A DNA stretch of 64,000 nucleotides from Octopus vulgaris (Eukaryota): NCBI GenBank assembly GCA_951406725.2, contig OX597816.1:91202001-91266000 (forward strand). The letters run 5' to 3'. The notes beneath the pieces are model-generated. The model did no database searches and was not told where the DNA came from. It was given only the letters and a program-made list of their open reading frames with translations. This document shows, in pieces, positions 41,961 to 54,090 of this stretch. The position numbers and the translations under genes were made by a program. Within the stretch, counting starts at the first letter, position 1; each line of letters begins with the position of its first letter.

Positions 41961-42731
41961 TTACTTCTGCCTCAAGTCTTATTTTAAAAGCATCATATTT
42001 AATACCTAGTGTATCATTTTACGATTCTTTTCTCACTAGTGCTTCCAGGTCTACTTGGTAGCTTCTTTCCAAACATCTTAAATTGAAGGCAAATCTAACA
42101 GTAGCATGTAGTACAAAAAAAAATTGGCCCAGGAAAGATGTGATTTTTGACAGCTGAAAATTGCTTTATTTCTATTGATGCAATAATGAAAATGTGATGA
42201 AAAGGTGTAAAACTGAGAAAGAGAAGATTACAGTTCACTTAAGGTTCACGAGATTTTATAGGCAATTCACCCCATGCACTTCGGACTCAAGTCATAAATA
42301 TGTACACACACACACATATACTCATGAACAAACGTATTGGCGTACATGTTAACTGTTGTAAGCCAGTTGGATTCAAAACTTGGTGGGTTAATAGCGGGGA
42401 TGATGTGGGTTACATTGGTTTAGATGTTAGTGGTGGTGGTGGTGGCGGTGGTGGGACATTGTTGGTGTTGTAGTAGTTATACTGTTTTTGGTATTTGTAT
42501 TGCTGTAGCTGTTTAGTCTCAGGTTAATCCTCATAGGCCTAAGATCAAATATATTTCATTCAATTTTTAAGACATTAGAATATCGCCGTATGTTATTTGA
42601 AATGGATTTGCTTATCTACTTCATTCTATTTATCACTGTTGTTGTTGGTGGTTGTGTTGGAGTTGATGATAGCAACACACACGCGTGTATACACATATGT
42701 ATGTGTATACATACATATGTACACAACATAC

Positions 42732-42802
<71 letters not shown>

Positions 42803-43282
42803 CGTGCGTGTATATGTCTGTGTATCTGTGTGTGTATGCATATTGTTGTGTGGACACCCCAGACGATGAAGTAGGTTAGCCCAATACGTAGATATAGAGG
42901 GAGAAGCCTAGACGTCGTAGAGCACTGTCGAGCAGAGAAGAGTTGAGTAGAGGTCATCCGAACGTGCGACATAACACATATATGTGTGTGTCTGTGTATG
43001 TGTGTGTATGTGTGTGTGTGCATATCTGTCTGTGTATCTATGTGTGTATGCATATATATGTGTGTGTATGTGTACCCACATTATGTACCTTATACATACA
43101 TGTGCGTATGGGTGTGCATGCATGTGTGTAACGTGAGGATAGTTTTTCAAATCGGTAATTATATCCTTTAATGCTAAATAAAGCGCAAGTGGCCAACGAG
43201 CTAAGAAGAAAGTGTAGCTTTAAATCGTTAACAATTTACGCACACGCACATACACGCACACCCACGCACGCGCACACACGAT

Positions 43283-43432
43283 GGGATTCTTTCAGTTTCC
43301 GTCTACTAAATCCATTCACAAGTCCTTGGTCGGCCCCAGGCTCTAGCAGAAGACACTCACCCAAAGTACCATGCAATGAGACTGAGCCCGGAGACACGTA
43401 GCTGGGAAGTAAGTTTTTTACCACACAACCAC
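43283..43432 (-). mobile_element. SINE 5' portion
   Basis: Reverse complement of the gtggtaa.aa.ctt.cttccca...accaa.g.cttgtga.tggattt.gtagacggaaactgaaagaa head. Confidence 0.8.
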
Positions 43433-44437
43433 GCGTATATATGTGTGTATGTATGTATGTATGTATGTATGTATGTATGTATGTATGTATGTATGTATGT
43501 ATGTATGATCTTATGCGCGCGTGTGTGTAAGTAGGTATGTATATATGTGTGTGTGTGTGTGTAGGTATATATGTATATATGTATGTGTGTGTGCATGTGT
43601 GTGTAGGAATGTATTTGTGTGTAAGTGCGCGCGCTCGTATATGTGTGTGTGCGCGCGAGCGTGTTTAAGTATAAGTTTGATATTTGAGTAGTTGAAAATC
43701 TGCTTGTCATTTCCGAAGTGGTATTGATCCATATATAATCTCAACAATTGAACTAAATCATATATATAACATGCTCTGAAAGAAGAAATTGCTATAAAAA
43801 CGAGTACCACGTCTTATGTATTATTTCAGGACGCATAATGAAGTGCAATATGTTTTCTCATAGCTACGCAACAGCTAAGGGTCTCATTAAACATGACACA
43901 TTTGATTTACAGGATAAGCTGCTGATTAGCTACACGTTTGGTTTGGAAGATTAACTTCCACTTACTTCTAAGCAATCTGATCATATTGTTGTAGGGCGCA
44001 CAGAAACTGTGGCGAATAAGCAAACATTTAGATCAGTTTTTATATGTTTGGGATATATCATATATGGCCCGCACAAAGGCCGTATTCGCTGTTATTTACC
44101 GCTGGAAAAATCTCTCGCTTTAGGCAAGAGGCGTTGAAAAATTCCAGTGTTCACTTCAATGCACTCTCGATAGGAATCTGTAAATGCATTTCTAGTTTTC
44201 TACTATTAGCACCGTATACTACAAGAGAGATAACCTGGAGATGGCTTTGGAAGCATCTGTCTCCTTAAAGTAAATCAGCATCAAAACGTCAGCTGGTTAT
44301 GCGTGCATAATATATTATTGAGATAAATACTTGCAAACATATAAGATGCATGCATACATACATACATACATACATACATACATACATACATACATACATA
44401 CATACACACACACATAATACATACATACATACATACA

Positions 44438-44469
<32 letters not shown>

Positions 44470-44480
44470 CTTCATTTAAA

Positions 44481-44563
44481 TGGCTCTGAGGAAGCTACAG
44501 GATGCCGTGTGAGTGCTCAGTTCTGAGTGCAGTGTTTCTTATGGCAGAAACAGCTCTAAGCTA
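44481..44563 (+). ncRNA. Type-I hammerhead-like motif (stem III mutated)
   Basis: UGGCU-CUGAGGA-A-GCUACAGGA...UCUUAUGGC-A-GAAA-CAGCUC-UA-AGCUA; compare CAGCUG at 57608. Confidence 0.6.
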
Positions 44564-44750
44564 TTGAAAATGATTAGGTAACTCCTGTTTTCTTTTTTGT
44601 TTTCTTTATGTCATTCATTTATTGATATTATGCCCTGTACTCACCTAACACTTTACTTTAAAGCATAAGTATTCCGAGCTCTAACAAGTTGTTATTAGTA
44701 TTAATATACCTAAGCGAAGTCATATAACGCGCGCACGTGCCTGTGTGAGG

Positions 44751-44966
44751 CAGGTTCATTCCGCCTTACTTGGTGCCTGTTAATGCCGTTCATCCGCTTG
44801 TCACTTACCAAGAGGTAAATAGTGCTTCGATATATAGACAAGTTTTCCGCAATACCAGTGAGTGTATTATTCACTGTTTCCTATATATCGAAAGGCGGAT
44901 TTCACTAAGCAAATGCCAAGCGGGTGCACAGCATTAGCAAGCACCAAGTAAGACGAAATGAAGCTG
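44751..44966. mobile_element. Foldback/MITE-like long inverted repeat
   Basis: About 55-bp outer arms plus inner ttcgatatatag/ctatatatcgaa and cagtga/tcactg pairs. Confidence 0.75.
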
Positions 44967-45010
44967 TTGTTCAAATGAGTCATTGTTGCAACGATGTTTA
45001 CCTCCTTTTG

Positions 45011-45243
45011 GGCGGCGAGCTGGCAGAAACGTTAGCACGCCGGGCGAAATGCTTAGCGGTATTTCGTCTGCGTTACGTTGTGAGTTCAAATTCCGCCGAG
45101 GTCGACTTTGCCTTTCATCCTTTCGGGGTCGATAAATTAAGTACCAGTTACGCACTGGGGTCGATGTAATCGACTTAATACCTATGTCTGTCCTTGTTTG
45201 TCCCCTCTGTGTTTAGCCCCTTGTGGGTAATAAAGAAATAGGT
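45011..45243 (+). mobile_element. Well-preserved full-length SINE
   Basis: ggcggcgagctggcagaa head, B box gagttcaaattcc, core gtcgactttgcctttcatcctttcggggtcgataaa. Confidence 0.9.
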
Positions 45244-45320
45244 ATATCCAATAACGTTGCACCGTTGTATTTAGTGGCTATTTAAGCAATGTGTTCGTCG
45301 GTGATTAAGGGGTTAGATGA

Positions 45321-45363
45321 GTGCTGATGAAGGGACAAAAACTCCCGAAATATGGCATATACG
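45321..45363 (+). ncRNA. Minimal hammerhead-like motif with weak stem I
   Basis: CUGAUGA-A-GGGA-caaaaac-UCCC-GAAA-UAUGGCAUA-UA. Confidence 0.45.
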
Positions 45364-45620
45364 ACCCTTACCCTTTTTTCATCTTCGATCTCATTTTTTG
45401 TTTACATCTGACATTTCGCGTACGAAATGTCTTAACAAAATCAGTGCTGGCTATAATTTGTATAGAATATCTGAAGAGATAACCTTAACGAGTGTTTTAA
45501 CACATATTTGCGAAGAGATTTTTCTCTTAGACAAGACCTCCGCACTATGATTTTCAACGCTGTATATACATTTAGTATGATACATAGAGGGTGATATCAG
45601 TATACATGAGCGCGCGCACA

Positions 45621-45685
<65 letters not shown>

Positions 45686-47120
45686 ACACACACACACGTA
45701 CACACACACACGTACACACACACACGTACACACACACACGTACACACACATACACACACAGAGCCAGACAGACAAACACACACGTGTACATATGCAACAC
45801 CCTGCGCCGCGTGCGCAACGTTAATTCTAACTCAGGCTTTTTATCAACCAAAGTAACAATTTCCTGTAGAATGGAAAGAGGTACACCCACATATTTTCTC
45901 AGTAAGACATCTTAGATTTGAAAACTTGTCACCATTTTAAAGATTTTAAGGAATGTTCAAAGTATCAGGTCATCTTCATTCAACATTTGACGATCTGATT
46001 GGTTCACTCAATGTAAGAAGTTGTCCTACTATTTATGTGTAATCTTACCTAACAAATAGATTGATTTCTCATAATTTGGGTATTTACAAGAATTCTTTCC
46101 TAATGTTTAACTAAAGCGTTTCATTTCGAATCGTTTAATATTCAATCAGACAAAACGAAATGCATGCCGCATGTTTGTAGGAAACTTGGGGAGGATTACT
46201 TCTAATGATTTTAACTTTAACAGTTTGTGATGCATTGCTTATATAAAATCACATAAAAGAAACTGTATGTGTACTATAAGATTACAAACGAGAAGAAAAT
46301 CCCCTTAGTCTTGATAACTACCTTGACAACAATCTTGATAGCCAGTAAGCGAGGGAGTCTCTACGTGGTCACTCAACGTGCTAAAAATATCAAGCAAATT
46401 TCCCTCAAATCAGAAAGAAAATACCCATTGGTTGATGTGTTTCTAGATATACTATGCCGGGAAAAAGGGAGATAAAGGCTATGACGGAAACGTCTGTGAT
46501 CATAGGACTGCTAATGATATGTTGTTTTTCTTCAGAAAAAAACATAATATGATAAGGAATAACTTATCTCGGATTAGGCATATTTCATTCAACTCGTATA
46601 TAAAACTTTCTTGATAGACAAGAGATATTGATCAGGCTCTGGTATACATTGACCAACATTAACAAGATATCACAAACAATGAAAAGATAGAAATGCTTCG
46701 GTTACATTTCATTGCCCTTGGTTTTCGAGTATGGAGGGATCAGTCATGTGACTGAAGGGAATAATTTATATTTCCCTGGCAGTTAATCTTATTTCTCAAT
46801 GCCCTACACCGCTTTTGACCCTTAAATACGCTAAACATATCTCAGAATGTTAATTCTAGGGATGTGATTAATACTCTCCTTTCAGAACCTTTACTTTTAG
46901 TGGCAGTTTTAATTGGCGAAACCCGAATTAGATTGTAAAATAGTAGTTAAAATAATCGAAACTTTACACGGGAAGTTCGAACTAAATCTAAACATATGTA
47001 AGAACAGGTACCAGACGGTGTTCAAAGAGTGAACCGAGCGAAAGATACCAGAATATAAACTATTACTTTATCTTTATCTCATCTTAGAAATATAAACATA
47101 TATATATATGTATATATGTT

Positions 47121-47160
<40 letters not shown>

Positions 47161-47214
47161 TATATATGATAGATCGCTAGCAAAATGATCGACTGGTCAT
47201 ATATACATACATGT

Positions 47215-47375
47215 ATATTATCCGAAGTGTACAGTATTATATATCCATTTCAGTCGATCTTACCAATTGGTTTCGCGGTAACAATCCAATTATGTAAGGT
47301 AACAATCCAATTATGTAACCCTGCGCTCATCAGAGGTAGTTGCTTTGGAATGAAATATGGCGACTGCTCTCTATT
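47215..47375 (-). ncRNA. Hammerhead-bearing repeat copy A3, intact core
   Basis: Minus strand ACCU-CUGAUGA-GCG...CGC-GAAA-CCAAUUGG-UA-AGAU (47257-47337); 21-bp tandem duplication in loop II. Confidence 0.72.
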
Positions 47376-48124
47376 GTTTGTTGTATCTCTGTTGCTCAAT
47401 AAATTGGGTGGCTAAAAACCCGGCTCTTATATAGAGCCTCTCATTTTAATGTTTTATATTTAAATTCAAAACTTTTTATCATAATTAAAACTTTTTGTGG
47501 GATTATTTTCTAAACATTAACTTATTAATGACAGTTTTATTAATTAAGGAAAGATACCCCTTTAAATTTTTGATTGGCTTCAAACTTAATTAAAACACAA
47601 AAAGTTCCGTGTTTTCTTTGCAATATGGCCAGAAATAGGTCAAAACAATACAATCTTACTGAAATTTCATCCTGAATGCGTAACACAAATAAATGTCTGA
47701 AAGATAATATCCTGATGAATAGATCTGAATGAAAAAATTCAAAGCTATACCTTGAATGTTAGTAAAATATTATTATTGAAAAAACTGCCTCACAAAGTAT
47801 CTTGTGTCTTATACTCTAATATAATAATAACAATTAATCTTCAGCTTTGAGACATCCGCTTTTCGAGATGTTAATAACCGATTATCATTCCTTAATTACC
47901 CTCTCCACAAACACATTGACAAAAGTCCATACATGAACTTTCATATCACTCCTGTCTCAAACACTTATATGATGTCCTTTTCATACTCCCAATTGCACGG
48001 TTGCCCCTCACGCGTACAAATTCTAGTATGACGATACCGCCTGAATTATTACTACTTCAACCACCTTCTCTCTCTCTTTCGCCCGCACCTCTCTCTGTCT
48101 TTCTCTCCCTCTTTCCCGCTCTCA

Positions 48125-48175
<51 letters not shown>

Positions 48176-48339
48176 CCCCACTTCCTCAAACACACCTCAT
48201 TTTTACACACTCTCCACGTTTACTTAGGCTCCTCGTTTTCTTCATCTGAAGAAGTTGGTTTCTAACGATAAAAAAAAATGAAAAAACAAAGCTCCATGGA
48301 ATGTAGGTTACAAAAGCAATGTCATATTTTAAACTCGAG

Positions 48340-49510
48340 AAAAATCTTGCATATTTTTACTGTTCCACTTACAGACTGTATTTGTAATGCGCGAGTTAAT
48401 TGATCGATTTCTTTTTCTGAAAGCCTTAGCTTATTCAAATTGTCACCTAGGAAAACACCCACAAAACCAGGTGCACTAATTATATTATGGCATAAATGTG
48501 AATTTGGAATTTGGATATAGAAACAGGAGATTTCGAAGTAGTTGTCCTTTAGTTATCCTCTTTCTTTTTGATTTTCAAAGAGATATTCACGTCAGCAGAA
48601 CAGCTGACCTCTAGAACGCTACATACTTTTTTTTGTTTGTTCCAAACTTGACAGGTGACTGTTCTCTCTGTTGATGTATGTGTACGTATTCAATAACAGG
48701 AAGATTCTCTATATCTATTCCAGGATTGTCTTTTTTCCGGAGAGAATTGTTTATTGTTTTTGCGACAACATTGTGTCGCATCGGGAGGTAGTACCTTGGT
48801 GACAATTTGGGTAGCTGTTAATCGCGTATGATGTCTTCTACAGAAATATGGCATTTTCGGTTGCATCTTGGAACTCCAATGGTTGTCTCTTTTGTTTATT
48901 GGGTATTGCATAGCAATCTCCTGTTCTTCGATTGAAACTGCATAACCTTCGAAGTGTGATGTAGCGGTCACGAGTTCAAGGGTGGCTTCGCTTCATATTC
49001 ATACTACTGTCTTTTTCCAGTCTTCAGAGAACACACCCATGCGTAGTCTTTCTTTTTTCTTTTTTGGGGGTGTGTGGGGGTGGAGTGGGGGTATGCTGAG
49101 TGTTTCTCATCCAGGTTTTCTTTAAGGTATGAGTGTTTCTCACCCTGGTCTTCTTTAAGGCTGTTTTGGTGTTGTATGTGAAGTCACCAAGAAGAGAGTA
49201 CTTTCTGAGGAGCTCACTACTGACATGTAGGATGTTGTTCTCTTCACTTTTCAGTTAATTAATTATTTTTGCTGCTGTTATTTAGCAGTTACTGTCTGAA
49301 AGAGACTATATGACATTCGAAGGCTGTCTGCACCGATCTTAAGCCTCAACTTCTTTCATCTATTCGTAGGTAGAGCCTGCCGGTATCACTATTTTCAGTT
49401 CATGTCAGTATCTTGAGGTTTTTAAAGTTTATCGAATGGATTTGTTCTGCAGACCAGCCAAGAATCCCAAATGTTTGAATCAGCACTGGTATTGTAAATA
49501 CATTGTAGGA
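48340..49510 (-). mobile_element. R4/Dong-like LINE relic (same group as 3050-4747)
   Basis: TSHFEGYAVSIEEQEIAMQY and SPRYYLPMRHNVVAKTINN parallel the 3.4-3.7 kb peptides. Confidence 0.8.
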
Positions 49511-49589
49511 TATGTATAGAAATGTTGATATGTAGAGATATGAATGTATGAATGTATGAAAGCATGTGTAGGTTTTCACTTCCTACACG

Positions 49590-49960
49590 CCAGCTCAATT
49601 TGATTTGTTTTCAGTTGAAAGACGCCTGTTGTTATTTCTTGTTGATTGTATTCGTAATTGTGTAACATGTTCTCCGTTTTTTTGTTTGTTTGTTTATTTT
49701 TTGTCTTTGTTTCCGCACACATTCGCTAGCTTTCTTACAAAGGGGTCTAATGCTCTTAGCTTAGACTTTTTTGAGGGCAACCAGATCGAACCATCTCAAG
49801 TGTAACTGCCCGAAATGGTCGTGACTTCTGGGACTTGAGTGATGAAAGAACGCCAAGAATGGCCCGTCTTTTTTGCCTCTCCTTCTACTTGTTTCTCTTG
49901 TCCGCCTTTGTATCGTCTATCTGCCCGAACGTTTTAATGTCCTCTATTGTGTTTTTGTTC
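49590..49960 (+). repeat. Unclassified T-rich element with a structured core, ending at (TA)n
   Basis: Hairpin at 49745-49766 followed by a permuted hammerhead-like motif, as at 24905-25290. Confidence 0.5.
49781..49850 (+). ncRNA. Second candidate non-circularly permuted hammerhead (C3G variant, stem II unpaired)
   Basis: ACCA-UC-UCAAGU, then GAAA-UGGU, then ACUUGA-GUGAUGA; outer helix CCAGA/UCUGG. Confidence 0.5.
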
Positions 49961-52900
49961 CATATATATATGAAAAAATTCAGGAGGTATGAGATGAATA
50001 TATTTATTTCACTAGTTGATATCCATAAGATTACGATCATTTCGCAGTCAATGTCATAGATATTCTGTGATCTGAAGAGCAAGCCTACCTTACTTGTATT
50101 ATCTTATAAATTGTGAAATAGTACTATATAATTTATAACATATACACTAATAGAGACATGTAAAATGATTTATCATACACTGAGGGGAGTTATTTTTCTA
50201 CAATGATGGCTGCGAAACGATAGGTAATTTTATAGATATCAATTGGTGAAATATATATTTTCATCCCGTACTTCCTGAATTTCTTAATATTTTAATACTC
50301 CTAATGAAATAATCATTACTAATTAGATTTACTGGATTTTAACTGCATTGCACTATACATCACACATCTTTGTATTGGTTTACTATGTGGTTTGTAGTCT
50401 GGTTCACTAAATGTGCTTTTTTGTGAGTACCACCATTAAATCCATATATTGTGCATTATATATATATATATGTGCGTGTGTGTGTGTGAATGTGTGCGTA
50501 TGTGTATATATACGTATATATATGTATGTGTGTGTATGTATGTATATATGTAATGCATGATACATAATGTTGTACATTATTAATAAACGATAACTTAACG
50601 AGAATTGAACCACACATCTTTTGCTTACAAGGAAACCTTTATAATACTTACACTATAGGGAGCCTGGCGCTTTTCTTTTCTCAAACTGTTTATCGACTAT
50701 ACGGAACTGTCATCTCAACACGGGCGTCACGGGTATTTCATCTGGAATTTGTCAGCATCCTATATATATGCGCACGCGCACACACACTCGCCCGCGCGCA
50801 TTCACATACAGAAAACAATGTATGTGTTAGTTGCTCAGAAATTTCATCTGTATGTGTGCGCGTGCGAGCGTGTTTACATTTCAGCATAACGTTGCGTTGA
50901 TGTGGACATGAGAATACGGAAAGGGATAAAGATGTCAGAAGCCTACCTTCTCACATTTTTATCTCTGTATACTCTTCATGTCGGCACCAACACTCTGTGG
51001 AAATGTAAACATTTATTCGTTGTTCAATCCTAGGTTAACCAAAAATAATTTGAAATACACACACACACAAGCACACGCGCATACATACATACATACATAC
51101 ATAGGTGTGTGTGTGTGTTAGAATTCCTTATGTAAAATCAATGACTATGTAGATTTTAGAATTCCAGGCAAAGTAGAACATTTATTAAAGCGTCTTGGCG
51201 ATGGTTTCGCTGGTAGCGATAGGGTATCAGCTGCTGGCAATATGAGACCCTTAATTTCATTGAAAACTTAAAATTATAGCTATACATATCAAAAGAATGT
51301 CTGCACTGTTTAACTGTATTATTTAATTGTAACATTTGCTATTATGATATCTAATCTTAAAATACAATAAACGCTTAAATTGTCTTTACAAGAAAGCATT
51401 TTTGAAAGTTTCTCTGGGGTCATAAATTTTATAGAATATGATATTAGGCACGATATATTGTGGACATATTATGAGCCACTTTCTTCAATGTATCATAACA
51501 AATTACTGAAAATACGTCTCTCTTGAGAAATATAAAAACAATTATCAAAGTTCGCCTCGCTAATGAGCAAATATTTGCTAAACTTCGAGATTTTATATTG
51601 TTTTATTTTTGTTTATATGCAGAGTTTTTATGTATTTCTTTTTTATTTAGTAAATATAATTAGAGCAATGCTTTCCTTCAGAAGATTTGATGCTGTAAAA
51701 ATACTTTGTTGCTGAAAAATGTCTTTGAATTGAAGACGTTAGTCGCCATGATATCTCTATAGATTTAACCTCTATTTTGAATAGAAAGTTGCAAGAAGAA
51801 AGGAAAACACAAAATAGCTGGCAGTTGCCAAAACATTCTAAACAAGGCAAAATAAATATCATTTGGTGTTTGTGAATATTGAAAAGCTATGTGGTTAATT
51901 AACTACACATCTCTGACTAATTCTTAATTACTTTATCAGGTAAGATCTTTTTCCCATGCGTTCTAGAATTGTGTAGTTCTTGGAAAGAAATTTGTATTCA
52001 ATACGAGTGTTACTTGTTATTTTACTTGGATAACATATATCTCGTGTAACTTGTATTATTTACTCGAAATATGTCAGTATAAACCAAAGTCGCACTATTA
52101 GATTGCTGGTTATCTTCTGCATGGCATTTGAACACACCGTGTCAATAAACCTCATTTCTTACAGTAAGGACGGGGGATGGGGAGAAGGGATGAAAATACT
52201 TTTCCCAATGGTAACAGCTGCAACATGCAAATAAGACAGTCTCAACGGGGAATCGAAACTAGGAGTAATTATACATAATTACGAACTCTAAGATTTTCGT
52301 TGAAATATAGAAAGGGTCGAAAATTATAAGTAGCGGAAACAGTCCCAAGTACCAAACGGTTTTCGGACACACTTCTAGGAAGTATATCGCCAACGGCTAG
52401 AAGTCTAAAACCTTCCTTAGAATGTATCTATTAATAAAAAAGATGAGTACTTTTCTTTGAAACTTTATTTTTAATTTCTCAGATTTCCACACGATTTTCT
52501 CGGCAGATATTTTATGTAGCTTGGGTTTCCTAATTAAATTTTATTGACGTTTGAATATCACGTGATGCTATATTCAGCATGCCTGGCCATAGAATGACGG
52601 TTGTTGTTACTTTATATTCTTTTTATCTGACATCTGATGTGGTATTATAAAGGGTGTGGTGATTTGCATATTGGCATTAGTGGGAACAGTTTTAATGCAT
52701 TCTCCGTATGTTGCTCTTGTGTGTTGAGGATTGCTATATGTTTATTTAAAAGTTCATCAAGACAATTTCCCATTTAGATCAAGTGTCTCTTAAATACATA
52801 CCAGCACATAATGTAACTATGGAAACTGTTATGTTTTATTACCGACGTTCTCTTCCGGTGCCCCAAAGCAAACTGCACCAACAGACTGAAGGTGTTTGTA

Positions 52901-53481
52901 GATTCTTAAAAACAACATTGACTTCGAAAACAAAGAAATAAAAAATGCTTCACTTGCATGTGATCTACTAAATATAAATTGCCTAAAGGTGGATGTTATT
53001 TTCTTATTATAAAATATGAAATGAATGCAGACAGAAAACAGAAATCCCAGGAACAGTTAACAGTATTAAGATTTAACACTAAAATAGAGGAGAATGTTTT
53101 TTATATCAAAATGCATATTTTATGATCAAATACAAAAAAAATCTCAGATTTTCAGTAAGGCAAGATGTGTTGATGTTCGTGCTTTACTAAAAAGAATTAG
53201 TGGCGTTACTGAAATATTCTGAAACTGGGAATCATAAAAAGGTAACAAACTCAGCACACTAGGGCTTTATTTCTCATTCTATGAGTGTAGCCATTTTTAT
53301 AATATTGATATTGATGTCTTCCACCTTGACACTATATCTTATATATTCATACCTCACCCATGAGCATTAGAGAGGCGAAGTGGATATTAAGAGAAAATTG
53401 AAACCTGTGCACTGGGCTGTATTCACTAGAATGTAACTTCTGAGGACAGCAAAAATGGCTCTATTTATCAATAGTATTGAA

Positions 53482-53807
53482 CGAGGGTTTTCAATCACTT
53501 TTTTTTCTTTGAAACCCTTTGGTTACTATTTTATGCTAGTGGACCCTCATAGCCATTCTATGTTTAAAAACTAGTTTTATAGAAACTTCTTTCAAAATTC
53601 CTAATTTGTTTTCCACACAATAACCTGTGTAGGCTGAACTACGTAAAATGTTTCTTGCAATACATATCAATACATACATTTAAAGCAATTTTTTTCTGGG
53701 CCCTTAAAATACTATTGTAAATGCCCAATTTAGTATTTTGTTATGCGGAACCCCCAAAATTTATATGGACCTTCAGATGCCATATGGACCGCAGTTGAGA
53801 ACCACTG
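53482..53807. mobile_element. hAT-like non-autonomous element
   Basis: Right end gttgagaaccactg, decayed left end cgagggttttcaatc; internal ggaccc-like subterminal motifs. Confidence 0.55.
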
Positions 53808-53824
53808 GTATAAATGAATACATT

Positions 53825-54090
53825 CACGTGATCCCGTGACCGATCAGGCAATCAGATGCTGTTACACATTGCTGGTCACAATGCACTTTTGCATCACTTT
53901 AGCCTTCAAATGACGCCACCCCGCTAGCTAGCCGAGCAGGCCAACATTACCCAACTGATCGAAAGGGGGAGTGGATCAACGTGAAATGAAGTGTTTTATT
54001 CAAGAGCACAGCACGCCATCCGGTCTGGAAATCAAAGCCACGATCTAGTGATCGTGAGTGCGACAGCTTAACCACGAGGCCACACACCTT
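53825..54090 (-). mobile_element. tRNA-derived SINE
   Basis: Reverse-complement homolog of 30468-30735. Confidence 0.85.

Noticed and set aside
48240-48285. CTGAAGA-stem-GATA motif; similar partial motifs near 34823, 54205 (-) and 60873
   Set aside because: GAAA and/or stem III are missing; too decayed to call hammerheads.
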